Source: Trichosphaerium sp. ATCC 40318
Lineage: Eukaryota; Protista; Tubulinea
DNA: 64,000 bases
Assembly (NCBI GenBank): GCA_038496445.1
Contig: JALMLS010000466.1
Coordinates: 620,001-684,000, forward strand
Direction: 5' to 3'
In this document: in pieces, positions 25,467 to 39,068 of the stretch
Numbering within the stretch: the first letter of the stretch is position 1
Layout of the letters: every line of letters starts with the position of its first letter
Program-made: the position numbers and the translations under genes
The notes under the pieces: generated by a model
Database searches by the model: none
Told to the model about the DNA's origin: nothing
What the model saw: the letters and a program-made list of their open reading frames with translations, nothing else

Positions 25467-27276
25467 CTACTGTAGATTTTTAAGCTCTTTATCTACTATT
25501 GAAATCCTTTCTTCGTATGTTTTAGCATTACTTCCATCAACAGTAACAGCAAATTTGTAATAACGTAAAAGAGTAATTAAATCAGATCTAGATTTTTCTT
25601 TAACTTCTTCTGCCTCTGGAAGTACTTTCTGCAATGCTAGATAACATAAGGTTTTAGAAAAGGTGTCATTTATAAATGATAAATATGTTTACCTTCAAAC
25701 CAAGCAGCATTAGGCTTTGTTGGAATATCAACAGCATTAAGATAAGTTGCAATGTTTGACTTGATTTTTTTGACATCTAAAGTTATTTTATTCGCTTTAG
25801 TACGGTGGAATATCCACTCAATCTCCTTAGTAGCCATATCATGTCTATCAAAACTAAAACCTAATAAATCCAATCAACAACACCCGAATAATAATAGAAC
25901 ATCTACGCCATAGCACAAGATACATGAGGCAATTTAAGAAAAGAGAACTTGACATATAAACGTTCGCAAATCATAGGTTATCCAAAACGTACTATGAAAA
26001 AAACAAGCACAAGCAGTCTCCCATTGTTCCTTGATATTACTATTAACAAGAGCTAAATAAATATAGTGGTAACATACCTGCTCAATAAAGTAATAGCCAA
26101 AATTCCGATAACATTTTGCTAGTTCAGGTAATGTATAACATAAAGACAGAATGATTCTCGTCGTTACCAACAAATGATCCCACTAGTACATAGAAAATTA
26201 ACTAAAAATCAACAATATGAAAGAAACACGTGATGCAAACTGAAAAAAAACAAACAAAATTATTTGTACCATCTTCAACTTCTTATAAGCTTCGCACTGC
26301 TCAAATCTTGCATTAAGGAACATTGGATTAAACTTCAAAGCTTCTTGTATTACACTATCATAGTTAGCAATAATATTAAGATAAGAGAAGTCTTCTAAAA
26401 CAAACATACAGTAACGCATCATTAAACTCTTCCTTGTCAATTAGAATATAAATTAAAACATTAAACTCTTTTGTAAATGTCGTCCCAGTTCGGAACTCAA
26501 CTTTGACGTCCTTCATAACTAGTAGCAAGTAAATTTAAAATAATATATACTCACAAAAATACGTCATTCCCACGTGGGAGAACAAAAACATATTGCAAAC
26601 ACGTCACACGTACAAGGATTATGTCTAAGTATTTGAGTAGTGTAAAACTCACGCTCAAGCTCGTTTTGGAGTTCAGCGTAGATAACGCCCTCAGGCGCCT
26701 CTGCAACAGGTTCATATGTGCCCACTGGTTTAGGAAGCATTGTCTAGTAGATATAACGTCAAATGACGCTAAAATAATGAAGCTTACCCTCAATAGCTTG
26801 ACAGCACGTGAGTAATACTTTTTCTTTGTATGTTGGATTGCTATCGTGTATTTTTCTTCTCTTGTATTTGCCTCGCTTCTTCAATGGTGAGAAGAAGTAC
26901 TTTATCGAGATTTCAGCAACGTACCTTCCTTGCTCTGTGTCATCAGCTGAAGGCTTGTTTCCGCCTATAATTGAGTGTAAGGGTACAATAAATGCGTAGA
27001 AGATGTGTTTTACGTTGTTTTGCTCTCATTGCGGGAATACTAAAGCGAGTTCGTATTATTTCTAGTATTATATCGCCCAGTGGTTGTTCTTGAAGGTTGT
27101 TTTCCCATTGGGAAAGAATATACAAATTTTCTTCTATATTAGAACCAAGAGACGCTCCAACACTCGCAACCTGTACAAGATGTTATATTACATTCAATAC
27201 TGACTTTTACCATTTCATTTACAAACTGACGCTGTTCCTCTGTTAAATTAGCGTTACGTGGCGTTGTAGTAGTCAT
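25467..27276 (-). CDS. TPR-containing hypothetical protein
   Basis: Multi-exon. TPR-like helices EALKFNPMFLNARFEQCEAY and LAKCYRNFGYYFIEQEQWETACACF. Confidence 0.6.
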
Positions 27277-27595
27277 TTTGGGAAGCAAAATAGGTAATTG
27301 TTTCAAGCTATTTACGAAGCAGCCAGGAATAGGCACTTCCTACTCTGTTGGTTACCACTAGCTCCAAAACTTACTTTAGTAGGTTCGGACTGACTTTTGA
27401 AACTGTTTTACTGATTTTCTGTTGTTCACCGAACAAAAAATTGCTTTTGGAATAAACGCCTCGTTACCATTGTTATATCATGTAATTACATTTTATTTCA
27501 TTAATTTGGTGTTTTTGCACCCTGTGGCGATGTTCAAGGCAGCATGAATAATCGCTATCATAGTGTATTTGAGTGATTGGGAAAGTCATTTTTTT

Positions 27596-30395
27596 TTAGA
27601 TTATAACTTCTTCATCTAGTTCTGCAGCTGCTTCACCTGGTTTAAATACTTCTAATGCATCCGATGGTATATGCAAGAAAGGTATAATGAGCCTCTAGAT
27701 TAATGGGAGTGAGGAATAACTTGTCAAAGCACAAAAATGTTCATGCAACTTACTTGTTTATGTTTTTTGAACATTGCAGCTTTTGTCCATTTTAATTCGA
27801 TGTAGTGACTCAATCTAATAAACTTACCACCCTGTTGAGAAAAGATATTAGCAAAACAGTCAGTATGAGCGCCAAACGCCACTACAAATCAAAGTCTTCG
27901 TCATTGAAAAAAATTCAGAAGAAAATGTCACGTGCCATACGAGACGTAATTGTCTGATGCGTATATCCTCTTGGTAGCCTCACATTGAAAGTTTTGGACC
28001 AACTAAAAGACGAAACAAAGTAAGGAAACAATGCACACAAGGTGATATAAACAAAAATTGCGTACACTTTGCCAGCAGGTGCGGGATTTGTAACATTTCT
28101 TTGAACCAATACATGTGTCTGTACACCAGGGTTGGTATGATGATCATCAGAGAATATATAACGTTCTTTAACAATTATCTTTAGTTTATGTAGGTTATGC
28201 TGAGAGCGATTTGTAATTTTCTACAGGAGTAGTAAGTAAGTACAGCTTTGCACAATTTTTTTTTTGGTAAAATATCTTGTTTGATAACGTACAAGACCGA
28301 GTTCAACGTGATGACCAACAGGCATTATCCATGTGTTTAGTTTTGCATTCAAAGACACGTGATGAGCAGTGACAGTTTTAGTTGTTCGTTCAGAATCCTG
28401 TGGATCAGTATTCTTTGGAGGTGGAGCAAGTATTTTAATAGGTGTACTGAAACAATATTGCGAGCCATCATCAAGTGCAGCATATAAAAGGTATCTAATA
28501 TATCCATATGTAGAACTAGAGAAACTTGGCGGTATATTCTTTGGTAAATCTACAGAAAATTTCCACGTGTACTCTCCAGGTTGATAAGTCTAAAAAGTAA
28601 AAATGGTTAAGATTTAAGTACTTTTTTTGGTTTGGAATACCTTTGTCTTTTCTGCTTCTGGTTTTGTTAGTACTATCATTTTTGTGATAATATCACGCTT
28701 GGCTTTTAAGAGCTTTGTTGTGGATATAGCATCCGGCCCTTCTTTAGGCGCTGAAACGTATTCCTAAATGTATTGGAATAAAGAATATTTAGATACGACA
28801 ATACCTGTCCATGGAATTTGGCAAATACTCCCTTCGTGAAAGACGCAGCCTCCGCAACACTAAAGTGGACAGTTCCCTTAATAGTAGACCCAGCAATAGC
28901 CACTGATGATGGCACTTTGATGGAGAGTCGAGGCAATAACCTTATGAAATCAGCACAACTCCACCAAACAATGGCTTACCTCACTCGCGTTTTTGCTTCC
29001 ATTGGATCGGACACCTTTGCTAATACAGCTCCAGGAACCCAATCTGCTCTTATTTCAATACTTAACCCTTTAGGGCCCAATTCTAGCCATAGTGTCTTGG
29101 GGGTGTTGGGAAGTAACTTCTTCGGAGATACAGCAAGTGCACCAATACGAGTACCGTCGAGAATCTTTTTGAAGCAAGTTAGAAATATGAATTATAGTTC
29201 ATCTATCAAGTCCCCACGTACTTCGGCTTCTAATTTGACTTTTTCAGTTTGCTTGTCATCTATACCAATAGCAAATTGTCTACTTATTAGTGGAGCCTCG
29301 CCTGAGAAGAACTCTGTTTCTTTCTTTCCAGCCCTTGGCTTGCCGTGAACTGATACCTTAATTTTATAAGCACGCGATATAACTTCGAAACAAGGAGCTC
29401 TTTCACTACGCCTTACCATTACACGCATCTTATCACTTTCCTTGAACCCTTTAGCCTGTATCAAGAACACATTGAGGACGCCTATGCCAATATTTGTCAA
29501 GGTCTACTTTGGGCCCGCTAAAAAAAGTACCTTGCAAAGAATCTTCAATGGATTCTTCTGAAGTTGTACTTTCATCTTCAGAGTTCGTTTCAGGGTCAGA
29601 AGCAGTAGATTTTGTTGATACAACCCTCTTAGACGCTATTTTCCTTATTTTACCTGATTTTTTTTCAATCCCGTCCTTGCCAAGAAAGAAGTCCCATTCT
29701 TCAGCTCGCGTCGGTTGATACGCCTAAACGAGAAAAAGTCACGTGATCACAAAAAAAAAAGATTCTTTCGAGTTGATTTTTTGACCAAAAGAAAAAAATG
29801 TGTTTACCTCAATTAGTAAACAAATTAATCAAGTTGGGATGCGTTTATAACACTAATACTTACCTCAGTAGGGACAAATGAGTCCATAAAAGGATTAAAA
29901 TTTTGAACAGATCCTTCACTAGGTTGAGGTTCCGAAACATCAATAATACTTCCTCCTTTCTTAAAAGGCGGTTTAACAAAGTCAGTTTCGCCACCTTCTT
30001 CATTTGCTTCATCATCGTTCTCATCTTCGTCCTCTACATCTTGTGGTTTATCATAGACGTCTTCTCTACTCTTAGACACTCTTAAAGGAGCTGGTTTCTA
30101 TAAAAATCATTAAAATCACGTTTCGTTATAATCCGATGCTTCTAAAGACTTATATAAAGCGTACAAATGCGATAAACATGAGAAACGTGGTGTTTGTTAA
30201 AATAAAAGTTTATAAAAGGTGTACCCCAAGTAATATCACCGGATTAGATCTCTTTAGAACTGTATCAGATGTTTGAGGTTCGTGGTAGTAGTCCGGAGAT
30301 GAAACAACAGTGCCATCACCGTCTCTGTATATGTCGAATGCGTCAAAGCCTAGCTGGCCCACTTCTTCAAAGGGGTTATACTGTTTTGAAGCCAT
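27596..30395 (-). CDS. Arrestin-fold protein with acidic NPF-containing N-terminus and possible C2-like middle region
   Basis: AGSTIKGTVHF..VFAKFHGQ and PGEYTWNFSVDLPKNIPPSFSSSTYGYIRYLLYA (arrestin-N pattern); YNPF and FNPF motifs. Confidence 0.72.
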
Positions 30396-30608
30396 TAATA
30401 AACCGCCTTCTCAATAAACCGTTGAAGTAGTAACAACAAAAAACTAGCACATTTTCCGGGTGAAAAAACGTGATTGATTTTGTTGAATACTTTATAATCT
30501 TAACACCTAATATCTCGTGACATGATGTCTCCTACTTGTGAGAAGCGGAGTTTCTCAATGACGAAAAAAGCACAAAAGATTTTTTTGTACAAAGGTGCTT
30601 TATTTTTT

Positions 30609-33600
30609 TCAAACCTCTTCGAAATCTGAGAGGAATCGTTGAATTACGGGATACACAGAAGGAAACTCCGTGTCTCCCCTCTTATTAACAAGGCTCTTAT
30701 AATCATCTAATGAATCTCTCATTGTTTTTATAAAATCAGATAGAGTATGTTGACGCAACCATGCACTGTATTCTTTGGTTTTAAGGCCGAGATGTTCATT
30801 GGGTAGTTTGAGATCCTTTAATAAAAAGTCAAAAAAAAACAAGTTGAGAAACAGCCATGACGCAGTTACATGGTGTTTAAATGCTTTACTACGTACAGAA
30901 GGTGCTAGTCTAACCAGGTGGTGTATTGCTAGTTGAGGTGGAAGACCTTTAATATGAATATCATTGATTGTAAGGTCAGTTACGTCCTTGAACAAAAGAG
31001 GTCGGAAAGCCCTTTGGTTTTATTAGTAAGATAAAAAGTTGGCTGATTCGTACCTAAGTGCTGTGTACGCTTCTCCTAGAGCCTTCAAGTTGACGCACAA
31101 AGGAGCTAACGAAAATTCGAGTTGCGCCATATCAGCTGCCATTTGAAGCTTACCATCCTCGCTTAGAGGCCGTACAAGACTGACTTGGAGAGTGTAGTAA
31201 TCTACTATGCTATTGAATGTTAATCTCAAACTAAATAATCAAAGGTAAAATTAAGTACTTTTTTGTTGCTTCTGTAACATTTTGTTGAAGGATAGTAGAA
31301 GGTACAAACAGCGATAGAATATGTGCTTTAAAGTGTGACATTTGTAATTGAAGTGTTTTGATAAATCTAGAACAGTTCTGATTTGCACTACCACCACTAG
31401 AAAGAAATATATTAGCACAACATCATTGTACACAAAAAAAACAGTCAACTAACTCACGTGTTATTAAAGTTTGTAGTGTGGATTTGCTGGAGTGTACGGT
31501 GAGCCACTGTCTCAAAACGTCTTGTTATTGGTGAAAGGACAAGCTTGAGTAATTTTTGTAGTGTATCCAAGATGTTCTTGAACGGAGAATTGATATCTTG
31601 GTTAACAATAATCCGGATTGTGCTTTCTACACTATTTTCCAAAAGTTGTAGTGTATTAAAAATTGATGCATTGTGTTTTTGGGATGCTGTAGGTTTATCA
31701 ACAACTTGTGAAGAATCAAAGTCTCGGATAATCTAACAGCAAAGACTGAGCACAAGGAAATAATAATAAAAAATTATCTTTGTTTTTTAAGCAGTCTTTT
31801 TAGTACCTCTTGTTCTGCCTTAACACAAACAAGGCCAAGTGCTTTTTTTATTATATTAGCGAGTCTTGGCAACAACCAAGACCGTGTGAGAAGATTTGTT
31901 TGAGTCTGTTCGAGTTCCTTCCTAAGTAAACAAAACGTTAGTACAACCAACTTGAATCACACAAAATAGTGTAGAAAGCACAATACAGTTCCATTTTCAT
32001 ACCTAAGAATCCAACTAAACGTCTTAATGGCTTCTTTAGTATTTTGAGCAGTATCAGAAAACAATATATCAATGCACTCTAAAGACATAAGGGCGAACAA
32101 TAACAAAAAGAAAAAAAATGGAATAGTTTCGGATGTACGTACCTTGTAATCTAAGTAATACACGATTAAGGTATTCTTTCTCTAGGAAAGCAAAAGCACT
32201 TGTAATTTTATGACTTTGTTCCATCCTAAAACAAATATAAGATCCAACAGCGTTCGGATAAAATAATGTTTACCCAATCTGTTCTTTTGGTTGTTTGAGG
32301 TCTTGATGTGCTTGAAGCCTACTTACAAAGGCACTGACGTGTCTTAGAAGGCGTGGATACTCTGAAACGAATATATCGTGAGCAGTAGGAGACGCTAACA
32401 TACAAATAAATACTTGTAATAAAAAAGAAATGACCAGTACATCTTGTGACACCTTTCATTCTCTGAGAGATGATTGTCGCCATTTTATGCATCTGTGCAG
32501 AACCATCAGCGTAATCTATAGTCTGGAATAAACTCTGATGACTCTTATGAGGGTTTGGAATCTAAATACACGGTCATCAAAAAAGTTGTACATATAGAAA
32601 CTTACCTTTTTTAATACGCGCTCCAAGTGAACCAACTAGCAAACTCGTTAAGAGAAACCAACGTACATCATTATTTGTTACTTACCTGTACAGCTGCAGT
32701 GTGTAGTTCTTGAAATACCTTATCTACGCAATCCCATAGTCCTTTACGATCCCTATAAACCGAACTCAGATTTTGAGTCTCCAACAAAACAAACAAGTTT
32801 CAAAGAGTCCATACCTCAAACCACCAGTAAAACACGAGTGTACGTTTTGACGCAATTTGCTTATTATGTTATTAGTAACGGCTGTCACTTTTGGTTGTAG
32901 AATGTCCAAGTTGAAAAAAACCTTCAGATAGAAGCGTTAAAGGTGGTGCGTTACATCAAAACTCGATTTGTGTAAATTGTTTTTGATACGTACGCGTAGT
33001 GCTTGAGCGACTTGGGCTTGATTTTGTGTTTCCATGCCTTGTACAAGCTTGCTAGACGCTGTGCTTATGATTTGCTCCTTGGCAATCATGACACGTTCCA
33101 CTTCCCTATCAATTATCGCGATACCCGCTAAATCGTCTTCTTTGCGTATAAACTCTTTGTAAAGTGTTAGTACAATCGTTTGCGTATTTTTTTAATTCTT
33201 CACAAACGTGTTATGTACCTAATTGCCTTAAGCAGTGCGCAGCGTTTACTGCATCGCCATTCTTGTGTTTGTTGAGCTCGTTGGCACTTGTAAGGAAACG
33301 AAGAATACGTTGTAACAATTGCGTTGCGGCTTGTATATTAGCGAGTTGTTCGCTACGCGACTGCGTTGGTGAGGTTAAGAAGAATTATAGGACCAACGTG
33401 CCTCAAGTAATAAAAAAGGTTCTGTTAGCTGCGCGCTAACCACGTCTATTCTATCCTCAAGCGATTTTACACCCTTTTTAACGACATCTAACAAACCAGC
33501 AACTTCACGTATTTGTTGAGCGTGTAAAATGAGGTCACCCTTATGATCAGACACTTCCTTGCGTATTTTAAGGTCAATTTGTTGTATCTGTTTTGCTAAT

Positions 33601-33728
33601 TTGTCCACGTCGGTACTAGCAGGATCATTTAGCGCTTGAGCAGCGAACTTCTTGACATCATAGTCGTCTTCAAAAGCCATCCACTTGTCATATTTCTCAA
33701 CATCACCTTTGACGTTGACAGGCTCCAT
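30609..33728 (-). CDS. COG5: Conserved oligomeric Golgi complex subunit 5
   Basis: N-terminal DYDVKKFAAQAL followed by a coiled coil, DIFVSEYPRLLR, SLVRPLSEDGKLQMAADMAQLEFSL, and C-terminal VNKRGDTEFPSVYP. Confidence 0.9.
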
Positions 33729-33914
33729 GATGAATTTCACAAATGAGTATTTTTTTTTTTTTTTGGTTTACAACCAGTCTACACACGCAATAGAATCATA
33801 TAAAAGCAGAGAGGGGCGTATGTGATGACGACATTGTCAAGAAACGTCTCGGCCGAAATATTTTTAGAGCAGTATGTTCTCGTTTCGTTAGTCAGTCGCC
33901 ACTGTAATAAAAAC

Positions 33915-36502
33915 ATGGGTAATGGACTCACTAAAAAGGGTGCTTCTGGTCCGACACCTGTGGTGGACCTTACAAACGGGAAAAGCTTAGACAAACTAAT
34001 CCAAGAGGCAAAGAAGAACGGCACTCTAAAAAATATAGAACGATTGGATTTATCACGTCAAGAGCTAAATGAGTTGCCTCCGCAAATAGGCAAACTAGTG
34101 AACCTGCAGATCCTCAACATCTACGACAATAACCTCAAAAGCCTTCCCCCAGAATTAGGTACGTCAAAATAGCGTCTTTGTGTTAAACCATGTTATTTTT
34201 TGCACCCTATTTTGCAATACAGCCTCGTAATAACAGCGAGGGTTAAATACTCCAAAATTTGCCGCCTTTTCACGAATTTGACCGCTACCGTGCTAATCGG
34301 TTGAAGATCGGCAAAGTACCGTTTTTTCACTTGCTAGTTAACGGAAATACACTTTTAAAAATAAATTTACGCTTACGAGCGTACAATCAACCAATTGTAA
34401 AAATCTAAATTTGTTTATGGCTTCCTTTTTGTGAAAGGCTCTGTTCTTTGTGACTGCTGGCCTTCACAATTTCACCTCAAAAGAATTGAACGCAAAAAAA
34501 AAGCCCCAAAAGCAACAGAAAAACAATACACGTTTTATCGATCTATCGATCGCTATAAGTATAATTTTCGCGCGCTAAACAATAACTTACAGGTAAATTG
34601 ACTGGATTGCTCGCACTCGGTCTCAATGAAAACTCAATTGCGGAGTTACCTGCAGCTGTTGGGAAGCTAAAGTCATTGACACTGCTCGACTGCCGTTTTA
34701 ACAAGTTGATGGAAGTGCCTAAAGAACTGGGGCAATTGACAAACCTACAAAAGCTGTTTTTACGCTTTAACAAAATTGGTGCGAACCCGAGAATTGCAAA
34801 AAAAACTCCTCAAAAAAACCTCTTAGCAATTCCTATTTCGGTTTTTTGGTTGTTTTGTTTTTGACCTCTTTTTATTGGTTTCTGTTTCTTACACCTTTTT
34901 AAGAGGAAGTTGATGACGTAATTGGAGAACTCTCATCTCTAGAGATTCTCTCAATGCGCAACAATAAAGTACGAAAAGTAACTGAGTACGTATTTTCCTA
35001 ATAACTCACGTTATTTAAAACCCCGCGCCCTTGTTGGCTTTATTTTCGCTTGATTCGAAAAAGAGAAAAAAAAAACGCTTTGGACGCCGCAAAAAAATTC
35101 TTGAAAGCACTGAATCAGTTTACCTAACGTTTTAACTTAGCGCGCTGGGCAAATTATCTAAACTGTTGGTATTGGATTTTCAACATAATTCTATTGTTGA
35201 TTTTCCTTCTGTTAAAACGCTTGTCAACCTCACAACTTTGGATCTACAGTATAATACTATGACAGAAATGCCTGATGGTGTCTGTTCTTTGGTCAATTTG
35301 AAACACCTTCATCTTAAGTTCAACCAAATTGCAGTTGTACCAAAGGATCTTGGAAACCTTACTTGCCTTGAGGAATTTGATATGGAGGGTAATCGCTTGA
35401 CTGACTTACCAGACAGTCTCACTAAACTAAAAAATTTGAAAAAACTATACGTAAACCGTAACCACTTTAAGGTACGTTCTTCATAAATTTTACGATGGGA
35501 TTTTTGTCAAGCAGAAACGAGTAGGGGTTTTTTTTAGAAAACTCGTGTATAATTTTTATTTATTTTTATGTTTGTTGTTTACGTATTGATTTGTTTTATT
35601 TAGACATTACCGTCGTGTATACCGTCCATAATGTCAATAGAAGAGCTTTTCTTACACGACAACCAAATTGCAGATTGTAGGTCTGTTGGCAAATTAACTA
35701 AATTGAGGTACGTCTTTAGGCGTCTAATATGTAGTGGTGGTTTTTATTTACAACTTTTAGGACGTTAAATTTGTCTGGTAATAGTATAACAGATATTCCT
35801 TCAGAAATAGCACAATTGAAATTATTACGTGACCTAGATATTGGATCAAATAGTCTATCGTCGCTAGAGCCTTTACATCCATTTGAGGTGCGCGTTAAAG
35901 TGATCTTTTTTAGTTTGTCCGTTTTCGCTGTATTCTTGATATTTTGTTTTCTAATGTTGTCTAGGATCTCGGTGCCTTACAAGTGCTTAATGCTAGCGGT
36001 AATTATTTGAAGCAAGTGCCAGGTACAGTGACCACAAAATTTTTCGATTTGTTTTTTTTCCTTTATAGCGCCAACAAACCCAAAATCGCTGTTTTACTTG
36101 AGTTTCTCGTGTTTACTAACTTTACAAGATTCTATTGGAAATCTACCGCACTTGGAAAAGTTGTTCTTGTCCGAGAATGAGCTTGAGAGATTAAACCCTG
36201 CTATTGGACGTCTTACAGCGCTTATGGAGCTTAACCTTGATGAAAATGTTCTTACAGAGTTACCACCAGAGATTGGGCAATTGTGCAGCTTAGAAGTGCT
36301 GAATTTCAACCAAAACGAACTTAACGACTTGCCTAACGAAATTTATTTGCTTCCTTTGAAGATGTTTGGTATTGATGACAATCCACTTGAAGGTATACCT
36401 TCGCATGTTACTGAGGCTGGATCGCAAGAAGTGTTTGATCTTTTGGGCCAACGCCTTCGAGATCAGCAAGAACAGAACAGGAAAAAGAAGAAAAAGAACT
36501 AA
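33915..36502 (+). CDS. Leucine-rich repeat protein (SHOC2/RSU1-like), probably N-myristoylated, basic C-terminus
   Basis: Starts MGNGLT; many LxxLxLxxNxLxxLPxxIG repeats across the exons. Confidence 0.88.
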
Positions 36503-36959
36503 AGATATTGTTTATATCTCTTTATTAAAAAAAAGTCAGTCAATGTCAATACAAGAAACAAAAGAAAAAAAAATGCAAAAAAATCGACAAAAAAAAAACC
36601 AATTAACAATTCAAACACTTGGAGGATGGAGACTGCTTTTTTTTTTTCTTACTTACTTCAAAAAAACAACCCCTGTGCTAATTTATGTCGCACTTTTTAC
36701 GACTCTGTGTAAAATAGATGTCTATAAGATTGTCAGTGTATCTGGTTTTTTGTATCATGTATGATGACACTACAAAAAAAAATTTGTCACCAACGCGTTA
36801 AATAAAAAAACACGTGTTTATTAATATGTATTTTTGTTCTCGAACAACATTTGAAAGCTTATTTTTTTTTAGTCAAAGTTGGTGTATCACTGCTTTTTTT
36901 TTAATTTGTTTGCGACGTTGGACTTTTTGGTCATGGTGCTTGGATTGTAGGAAGGTATT

Positions 36960-38346
36960 ATGGCATTTGGCCGTCAAGTATGGATTATTACAGTGTTATG
37001 TATTGTGACTACTGTGATACTTTGTGTTGGTTATCTTTCACGTGATAAAAGGCGTATGTATGGTTAAAAAAAAATAATATTGTTTATTCACGTTGTTGAA
37101 GCTGTCGTCTTGGCTGCAGCTAGTGGTGACTATATTGAGCGTAGACTACTTGTTGGCATTAAGAGTAATGTTGGTAGTGAGATTTATCTCGTAAACATAG
37201 CTTAAATACGACGTAGGCAATATAGAACGGCGTAAAAACGTTCGTAACACGTGGGTAAACTTGGTACAAAAGTCTTCTAATTTTCCAGAAGTGAAGTAGT
37301 ACGCGTTCATCTCGTGTTCAATCGTGCTGACTGGCACATGAAGCTTTTTTATACTCGGCAACACTCCTCAGCATACGGATAATGAAACGGATATTATTAC
37401 AGTTGATATAGAAGACAACACTCATGCCAACGGACACAAAGTGTTAAAGTTCTTGCAAGTGAGTATTATAGAAATATTTTGACTGTCCTTTGTTTTACAA
37501 CATTGACTTAGCATGTATACGAGACCTTTGACTTCACACATGTTCTAATATGCGATGACGATTCATTTATCAGAATAGATAGATATCAGGATGAGCTTGA
37601 ATTCTTTGGAGGTGCATTGATTTAATTCAGTAAAATGCTTCACATTCTTTTGGAATAATATTTAACACAATTATTAGACAACAGATTATATGCTGGTAGG
37701 CTTGGAAGTGAGTTACTGTGTTTAAAAATATTTGATACCGTGTTATTGACATATGAATGGTGTAGTATACAAAGGTGACCAAGGGTACTTGATACCAGAT
37801 GAGCCTGAACAGATTCCTGTCAATTTTTTAAGTGGAACAAGTTATTTGATGTCTCGTGATGTTGTTGCTTATCTTGCAAAGCGGTAATATATGCAATGCT
37901 TGAAAATCACTTATTTACCCTGTTTAGATACGCATCTAAAGTACCAGGAACAATACTAAGGTATGACATTGTCAAATTTTCTTTCGAAGTAAAAAACTAA
38001 ACAATCTCGTAAGATCTGATGATCTCTGTATTGGATGGTGGCTGAGAGACGTTGGTACGAGTACATCCGTATTTTGATATCCACAATGTGAATGTAACTT
38101 ATATAGGTATTGTTCCTACCAATCTCATACATCGTGTTTGTCACAGAGGTGAATTTATGAGCTGTTTCTGATTTTTGATCAGGATGGTTTTTAACTTTAT
38201 TTGTAGAGTGCGCTGAGAACTTTTTGTCGTTACACCCAGTGCGGACAACAAAGAAGTTTCAAACAATTTATAAACGTGTTGTCAATAAGGACTGGCCCTT
38301 TTGTAATAAAGATGTGACACCAGACTATGAGGAAGAAAAGTGGTGA
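36960..38346 (+). CDS. GT31 family galactosyltransferase-like type II membrane protein
   Basis: Signal anchor MAFGRQVWIITVLCIVTTVILCVGYL, ERRKNVRNTW, VLICDDDSFI (DxD), FLSGTSYLMSRDVV, DDLCIGWW. Confidence 0.85.
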
Positions 38347-38550
38347 AAAAGAGAAAGACGTTAATGTGACATTTAACATCCTGCCAACTCAAATTGTTTG
38401 AGGGATAAGATATGGCATTAAAATACTCAAGCCATGCCTCTTTGAAAACACGAACATATGTACTAGTAAATAATAACAACGTGGTATAGATAAAGGCATT
38501 TCATTTTACGCAAACTGATAAAGATTTATAAAACCTTTTTTTTTTATTAT

Positions 38551-38820
38551 GTAACGCTCCGTATCGATGAAAGTGTGGCAGTGTCGTAAGTTGTAGTTCA
38601 TGGAATAGTAAGAGAGCACAAATCATTTGCAATCAAGTGTGGAAGGATATGCACAAAGCTGAAATAGCGGTAGGGCTAACTAGTAAGCTAACAGGTGCGA
38701 GCTTGATGCATATCTTCCACCGTTGGCGGCATTCAACCTGATACCATCATGCCATCCAACGGCGCGAACAAACAAACCAAGCGACGCAATGGAAGTCTTT
38801 GAACCCATTCGGAAGCCCAA
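38551..38820. ncRNA. Candidate structured non-coding RNA (class unassigned)
   Basis: GC-elevated intergenic island with nested stems 38639-38660/38700-38720, 38720-38732/38749-38762 and 38581-38587/38781-38787. Confidence 0.4.
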
Positions 38821-39068
38821 ATATGTAGAATTTTGTCAAAAAAAAGTCAAAAAATCACGTGATTAATTCGTTGAAGAACCAAAACTGTTTTTTTAACCAG
38901 TTTAGCCTGGCAAATCCCAAAGACCACAAAACTAGTCGTGTAAACTTACAACATAACACGCAACAACTCTCGAAACAAATGACTAGACTATTCGACTTTT
39001 TCGACATTTTAGTATAACCCGTTCTCGTTGCACAATTACCCGTGCCTTAATCGGACCAAAACAAAACA

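Noticed and set aside
28818-29718. Plus-strand ORFs of 176 and 74 aa
   Set aside because: They are antisense to exons of the arrestin-fold gene and show no independent motifs.
38551-38820. U2 snRNA, TPP riboswitch, RNase MRP or telomerase RNA identity
   Set aside because: Only short partial matches were found (ATCAAGTGT, AACCTGAT, GAAAGT/ATAGTAA, TAGCCCTA), and the required partner motifs are absent.
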